The position numbers and the translations under genes are program-made. A stretch of 59,172 bases of DNA, counting the filler, from Stramenopiles sp. TOSAG23-2 (taxonomy: Eukaryota), in the NCBI GenBank assembly GCA_900128395.1. It is 4 parts of 4 records of this genome, joined end to end, with 100 filler letters (N's around TTAATTAATTAA, not from the genome) between each part and the next. Parts side by side here need not be neighbours in the genome. Positions count along the whole stretch, not along the records: positions 44,502 to 59,172 come from LT649749.1; 3 more parts are not named here. The stretch is one strand, 5' to 3'. Shown one piece after another: positions 54,151-59,172 of this stretch. A model generated the notes under the pieces. The model had not been told where the DNA came from. It ran no database searches and saw only the letters and a program-made list of their open reading frames with translations. How positions within the stretch are numbered: position 1 is the first letter of the stretch; each line of letters begins with the position of its first letter.

Positions 54151-54504
54151 NNNNNNNNNNNNNNNNNNNNNNNNNNNNNNNNNNNNNNNNNNNNNNNNNN
54201 NNNNNNNNNNNNNNNNNNNNNNNNNNNNNNNNNNNNNNNNNNNNNNNNNNNNNNNNNNNNNNNNNNNNNNNNNNNNNNNNNNNNNNNNNNNNNNNNNNNN
54301 NNNNNNNNNNNNNNNNNNNNNNNNNNNNNNNNNNNNNNNNNNNNNNNNNNNNNNNNNNNNNNNNNNNNNNNNNNNNNNNNNNNNNNNNNNNNNNNNNNNN
54401 NNNNNNNNNNNNNNNNNNNNNNNNNNNNNNNNNNNNNNNNNNNNNNNNNNNNNNNNNNNNNNNNNNNNNNNNNNNNNNNNNNNNNNNNNNNNNNNNNNNN
54501 NNNN
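54151..54504. other. Within-scaffold assembly gap (354 N) between poly-T and poly-A tracts
   Basis: N run without the TTAATTAATTAA linker. Confidence 0.95.
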
Positions 54505-54679
54505 AAAAAAAAATAAAAATCATCATTCATAATTACTGAAGTATGTATTCACAATTATCAAATATTCAAGAGGAAAGAGAATATTTCTGACGACGAGACG
54601 CGACGACGCAGACCTGGCAGACTAAAAAAGAATCTTCATCTTTAATTCATTTATTAATAACTCTATAGAATAACTACAG

Positions 54680-55855
54680 ATGGTTAAAAAAAGAAGAACC
54701 ATCTCATCGAAACGACAAAACACGTCCACGATAAGTAAGAGAAAAAAAGGAGCATCCAAACAAGAAGGAAAAGATAATAATGAGGATGAGCAATATATTA
54801 ATGTAGAAAGGTTTGGTACCTTAAAAACAGGCGAAGGACGAAATCCATTTTATGTATCACTCGTTGCAAAAAGTAGAATTCAAGATGGATGGATGAAATG
54901 GTTTACATCTATTGTGTTGTTTCCAATACAGTTGTATCTTTTTTTAAAAGCTTCATACGAATATAGTTCTATGTCAAAAGTTATGTTTGCACTTTTTGGC
55001 AATTGTGAAAAAACGTCTGGTCAAATACGGCAGGTACATAATATAAAAACAAACAAGTTAAAAAAAAAGAAAAAATTGAAACTAGTGTTTATCTCTGATA
55101 CGCATATGCGTCATAAATATTTTAATATGGATGATTTTCCAAAAGGTGATGTGTTAATTCATACAGGTGATGCATCTAATTTTGGTACTTCTGGAGAATT
55201 GAAAGATTTTGCAATATGGTTTGCAAGTGTACCAAATTTTAAATATAAATTATATATCCCAGGTAATCACGATATGTTGTTTGATCATGAATTTTATGAA
55301 GTGTATCATCAAGAATGGCATTTTAATAAAGAATCTTCAAGTGATATTAAAAAGTTTTTTCATAGCTTAGGAATAATTACATTAATCGATGAGAGTATTA
55401 CCATTGAAAATTTGAAATTTTATGGTAGTCCTTGGACACCAATAGAACTTCCATGGCAAACAGGTTTTCAATTACCACCTGATAAAATGGAACCAAAATG
55501 GAAATTGATTGAAAAGGATACTGATATTTTATTAACACATGGTCCACCATATAGTGCAGGAGATAAATCTATATTTGGTGGTGCAAAGGGTGGTTGCAAA
55601 GCATTGCAAATATATTCACGTGATAAAATCAAACCAATTTTACATGTATTTGGTCATGAACATGGAGATCCTGGTGTATTTTATAAGACAGAAGATTATG
55701 AACATTCGGAAACATATTATGCTAATGCAGGTAATGTCAGTGAATATTATCAGTTACGACCTATCAACAACTTTTGTTTTAGTTGCCAACGCTGGTTTTA
55801 CATTTACTACAGGTGCAGGTGGATTGTTTTCATTTTGAGTCATAGCCGACATTAA
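54680..55855 (+). CDS. Metallophosphoesterase (MPPED1/2, 239FB-like); C-terminus uncertain
   Basis: ISDTH, GDVLIHTGD, IPGNHD, YGSPWTP, DILLTHGPP, LHVFGHEH, NAG. Confidence 0.9.
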   Translation: MVKKRRTISSKRQNTSTISKRKKGASKQEGKDNNEDEQYINVERFGTLKTGEGRNPFYVSLVAKSRIQDGWMKWFTSIVLFPIQLYLFLKASYEYSSMSKVMFALFGNCEKTSGQIRQVHNIKTNKLKKKKKLKLVFISDTHMRHKYFNMDDFPKGDVLIHTGDASNFGTSGELKDFAIWFASVPNFKYKLYIPGNHDMLFDHEFYEVYHQEWHFNKESSSDIKKFFHSLGIITLIDESITIENLKFYGSPWTPIELPWQTGFQLPPDKMEPKWKLIEKDTDILLTHGPPYSAGDKSIFGGAKGGCKALQIYSRDKIKPILHVFGHEHGDPGVFYKTEDYEHSETYYANAGNVSEYYQLRPINNFCFSCQRWFYIYYRCRWIVFILSHSRH

Positions 55856-57724
55856 GAAAGCAAGTTCGCTTAATTCTTTTTTCACTGTTGCTTTTGGTTG
55901 TACATTTTCTCTTTCTTTTTGTTCTGATACTTCTTTCAATTTTTTATCGACTATATTCAATGTCATTTTAGCTTCATCAATGTAGACTATTTGAATTTTC
56001 TGTAAAGTTTTTAAGAAACGCTTCGCTTTTGTAAAATCTACGGTTGCATCATCCCATTTTTGTTTTTCAAAGGATTCATGCCCATTATCAATTTCTTGAT
56101 TAATAACAGGAATTAATACTTTTTGTAATAAACTTTGACATAGTTCATTACTATTTTTCACTATACAAAGTACTTCAATAGCATCTTCATATCGTTTTAA
56201 TTGACATAATGCTTGTATTTTTGAAGTAAATAAATGTTCAGGATCTACACCAGTTTCAACCATCCATTTGATTGCTGTAAGATTGTCAAATGAACGACCA
56301 TCAGAACAAGCAAATCCTTCTACTTGTTGATAATCACTCAACGCATCAGAATATTCAGACATAAGAAAATTTGTTTCACCAAGACGAAAATGTATATCCG
56401 CTTTTGCTCTATCCATAATAATTAATCGATTTTGATCATTATCCATATATTTCTCTGCTTGTTTGAAATGTAATATACATCTACTAAAAGATTTTTTTGC
56501 TTGTTGAAATTCACTATTTTGTAAATATTGTTTCGCCTGTTTACTTTTTTTCAATGCAATTCCCATCTTCTCATTAAATTTATTTGTTACTTTAGCTTTT
56601 CCTTCAACAACAGTTTCTGTATTATTATTGTTGCTTGATTCTCGTTCTATATGTGCTTGATCGTTTGTTGTTTCTGTTTCTTCTTCGTCCTCTGCATCAT
56701 CGTTATTATTTGCAAATTCATTTTCCCATTTTTTCACTAAATATCTGTATGTATGCATACCTCTATGGATAATTTCAGTATCTTCCCTTTTCTCACCATC
56801 ATGATTATAATTATTGCTATCATCAATAAAACGAGAACCTAAAACTTCAAATGTTAAATTCAATATAGAATGTAATCCCGTTGCACGGTTATCATTGTCA
56901 ACAACTGGTAAATGCCTAAAACGTTTTTCCAACATTAAATTCAATGCATCTAATGGTTTCGTAGTTTCCGTATTTAATGTAGTTGGTTTAATCGTCATTG
57001 CTGCACGTACGGGTGTTTGTGATGGATTCAAACCTCTACTAATAACTTTGCGAACAATATCACTTTCGCAAAAGATACCTTCTAAAGCTCCAGTTTTCAA
57101 ATCAATTACTAGAAGTCCACTTGTTTTGCGTTTTAACATTTCCTTTGCAGCTTCTTCTATTGTTATCATTTTCGAAATTCCCAAAGCAATTGAATCCTCT
57201 GTACTTGTACGGTTGTTATCCTCAATAGTTGTATTATCAAAATTAATGTCGCTCCAATTATTTACAGCAGTATTGTTTGTTTCTGGAGCAAATATTTTAT
57301 CCAACAACCAACTAATTGTAGAACTCGATCTGCTATTGCTCTGTTGCTCTTCATGTAATTGTTGTGCAACATTCACGATATCAATAATATCTACAACTTG
57401 ACCGTTGTTATTAACTTGGGGAACATGTCGAAAACGTGCTTTTTTCATTGTTTCTAATATTTCAACAGGTTTTGCATTTGCAATAACACATACTGGACCT
57501 TTTGTCATGATTGATTCAACTGTAGTAGAAGCAGGATCTTTGCCACTTGCAACTAATTTAACAATGTCATGTTCCGTTATGATAGCATCAGCAGTTTTAT
57601 ACAATAATGCTGCGGTAGCACGGTCTTCTTCAAAGTATTCAGATAATTTTTCAATAGACATTTCTGGGTCTTGAATGACTAAGAAAGTTTTGTCCGAACC
57701 ATTTGGTTTATTGACTCTTTGCAT
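55754..57724 (-). CDS. Protein with two CBS-domain pairs and C-terminal TPR-like helices
   Basis: IITEHDIVK...VESIMTKGP...MKKARFRHVP and GIFCESDIVRKV...AMT..P...MLEKRFRHLPVVD; TPR-like HFRLGETNFLMSEYSDALSDY. Confidence 0.85.
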   Translation of the reverse strand: MQRVNKPNGSDKTFLVIQDPEMSIEKLSEYFEEDRATAALLYKTADAIITEHDIVKLVASGKDPASTTVESIMTKGPVCVIANAKPVEILETMKKARFRHVPQVNNNGQVVDIIDIVNVAQQLHEEQQSNSRSSSTISWLLDKIFAPETNNTAVNNWSDINFDNTTIEDNNRTSTEDSIALGISKMITIEEAAKEMLKRKTSGLLVIDLKTGALEGIFCESDIVRKVISRGLNPSQTPVRAAMTIKPTTLNTETTKPLDALNLMLEKRFRHLPVVDNDNRATGLHSILNLTFEVLGSRFIDDSNNYNHDGEKREDTEIIHRGMHTYRYLVKKWENEFANNNDDAEDEEETETTNDQAHIERESSNNNNTETVVEGKAKVTNKFNEKMGIALKKSKQAKQYLQNSEFQQAKKSFSRCILHFKQAEKYMDNDQNRLIIMDRAKADIHFRLGETNFLMSEYSDALSDYQQVEGFACSDGRSFDNLTAIKWMVETGVDPEHLFTSKIQALCQLKRYEDAIEVLCIVKNSNELCQSLLQKVLIPVINQEIDNGHESFEKQKWDDATVDFTKAKRFLKTLQKIQIVYIDEAKMTLNIVDKKLKEVSEQKERENVQPKATVKKELSELAFLMSAMTQNENNPPAPVVNVKPALATKTKVVDRS

Positions 57725-58072
57725 GTTTACGACCTTTTTTTTCTTTCTTTTTCTTGGGAGTTCAAGTTATGAAAACGGTTGTGATAACTGGTTTTATAAT
57801 CTTGGTTAATTATATAATGTAAAGGATATATGTTTTGAGATGTATATATAGAGTTTTTGTTTTCTAATAATTTTTCTATTTTTGTATTATAGTACTATCT
57901 ACATAGTAGTATGTAATAAATTTAACATCGCAACGTCTCAAAAAGCTGAAAAAGAATATACTTCTGTTCCTTCTGTGCTGTTTTAGCAAATCTTATGATG
58001 TCACTTTTATCAACACAATAATAGTATTATACAAAATAGAAAAGATATGTTGAGATGTATCTAGGTTACAAA

Positions 58073-58173
58073 ATATTAACAATATAAATACACAATACAA
58101 CACAATTTAATTTTATATAGATCATAACAAAGTATTAACAATAATAATACACAATACAACACAATTTAATTTT
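58073..58173. repeat. Direct repeat of about 42 bp upstream of the MFS gene
   Basis: tattaacaat(ataa/aata)atacacaatacaacacaatttaatttta twice, period about 59 bp. Confidence 0.85.
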
Positions 58174-58211
58174 AAACCTCCTTCTTTTCTCTTATTTTTT
58201 TTGGAAACAAA

Positions 58212-59172
58212 ATGTTCTTTAAAAAACAATCGACAAAAATTACTAAAGAACCAAATGGTTCCATATCCTATTCATATAATTATGTTATGAATTACGATAG
58301 ATGGAAAGCAATAGCGGCTGGCCTATATTTAGAATTTCTTGCTGGCATTATTTATGCATTTCCAGTGTATGCCACTCAATTAAAAGATTTACTTGGTGCT
58401 AACCAAAAAGAATTAAATTTATGTTCAACGTTGGGTACAGTTGGTGGTAACTTTAGTATCCTAGCCGGGATATATCTTGACATTCATGGTTCACGTAAAA
58501 CGAGTCACCTAGGTGCATTTATTTCTTCATTTGGATTCTTATTCATTTATTTTGTCACTGTTGGTACAATTCCAGGTGGTTACATCGCTGCAGCAATTGG
58601 ATATTTAATTGCATACCAAGGATTGACATGGATGGATATGAGCGTTGTAACAGCAATGGTAACAAATTTTCCAAAAGACAAAGGTTTAAGTGTTGGATTG
58701 GTAAAAACGCAGTTTGGTTTAGCTAGCTCAGCAATTGTAATCTTATCCGTAGGATTATTTGGTGGAAAAGGAAAAATATCACAAGCAGAAAGGTGTTATA
58801 TGAATGAATATATATATCCTTCTTCCAGTAATAAGAATAATATAATAAATATTACGAATCAAAATACTATAAATGATGCAACAACAATTAGTAGTGGATT
58901 GCCATTATTAGCATTTTTTTCTGGTTTATGTATTGTAATTGGAACCTTTTCATCGCATTTTTTAAGATTGACTCCACCTACATTCAACAATGGTGGAAAA
59001 CTTCTCAAAGGAGGGATGAAAAAAATGTATACTATTTATGGATGCGTAGTATTTGTAATGTGTTATTGTTTAATTGTATCCCTATTAAATTTATCATGGC
59101 GAAAAGTTGGTAAACCACCAGAAGGTATAAATTTTATATTTGCAATTGTTGAAATCGCATTGTATACTTTTC
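58212..59172 (+). CDS. Nodulin-like/NFD4-type MFS transporter, 3'-truncated (absent from the ORF track)
   Basis: Manual translation from ATG 58212: ...RWKAIAAGLYLEFLAGIIYAFPVYATQLKDLLGANQKELNL...AGIYLDIHGSR...TNFPKDKGLSVGLVKTQFGLASSAI. Confidence 0.85.
   Translation, partial: MFFKKQSTKITKEPNGSISYSYNYVMNYDRWKAIAAGLYLEFLAGIIYAFPVYATQLKDLLGANQKELNLCSTLGTVGGNFSILAGIYLDIHGSRKTSHLGAFISSFGFLFIYFVTVGTIPGGYIAAAIGYLIAYQGLTWMDMSVVTAMVTNFPKDKGLSVGLVKTQFGLASSAIVILSVGLFGGKGKISQAERCYMNEYIYPSSSNKNNIINITNQNTINDATTISSGLPLLAFFSGLCIVIGTFSSHFLRLTPPTFNNGGKLLKGGMKKMYTIYGCVVFVMCYCLIVSLLNLSWRKVGKPPEGINFIFAIVEIALYTF

Noticed and set aside
504-59113. Numerous 60-240 aa ORFs antisense or frame-shifted to the main genes, and ORFs running through N gaps
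   Set aside because: Shadow ORFs of low-complexity coding sequence or artefacts of N translation; no recognisable domains.

Overview
AT-rich, gene-dense, intron-poor eukaryotic nuclear DNA in the standard genetic code. It is probably a flagellated heterotrophic protist: DZIP1-like and RIB43A-like ciliary genes are present, and a stramenopile origin is my inference only. The window is not one locus. It holds four scaffolds of descending length (1-14792, 14893-29625, 29726-44401, 44502-59172) joined by artificial 100-nt N44-TTAATTAATTAA-N44 linkers. About 20 genes are recognisable: VPS15, a DZIP1-like protein, an IQ-motif protein, a Cys-rich surface protein, TMEM145-like, a GT-B glycosyltransferase, a C2H2 factor, a DMT transporter, an MDR oxidoreductase, STOML2, sialate O-acetylesterase, IDI, SIN3, RIB43A, a Myb-ankyrin-HDAC fusion, DDB1, a metallophosphoesterase, a CBS-TPR protein, a nodulin-like MFS and coiled-coil proteins. 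Most interesting signals: (1) the only three complete introns I can define share sequence with one another across two scaffolds, suggesting an introner-like family; (2) 3' flanks are rich in TACG/CGTA while upstream regions are rich in TAGC/GCTA/CCWGG, and a 20-bp palindrome and a GGCTTTCCW array each recur upstream of genes; (3) a SHAQKYF-type Myb domain is fused to an apparently active class II HDAC. Exact frameshifting duplications and abrupt gene junctions point to assembly or amplification artefacts. All motif enrichments were judged by eye, not computed.
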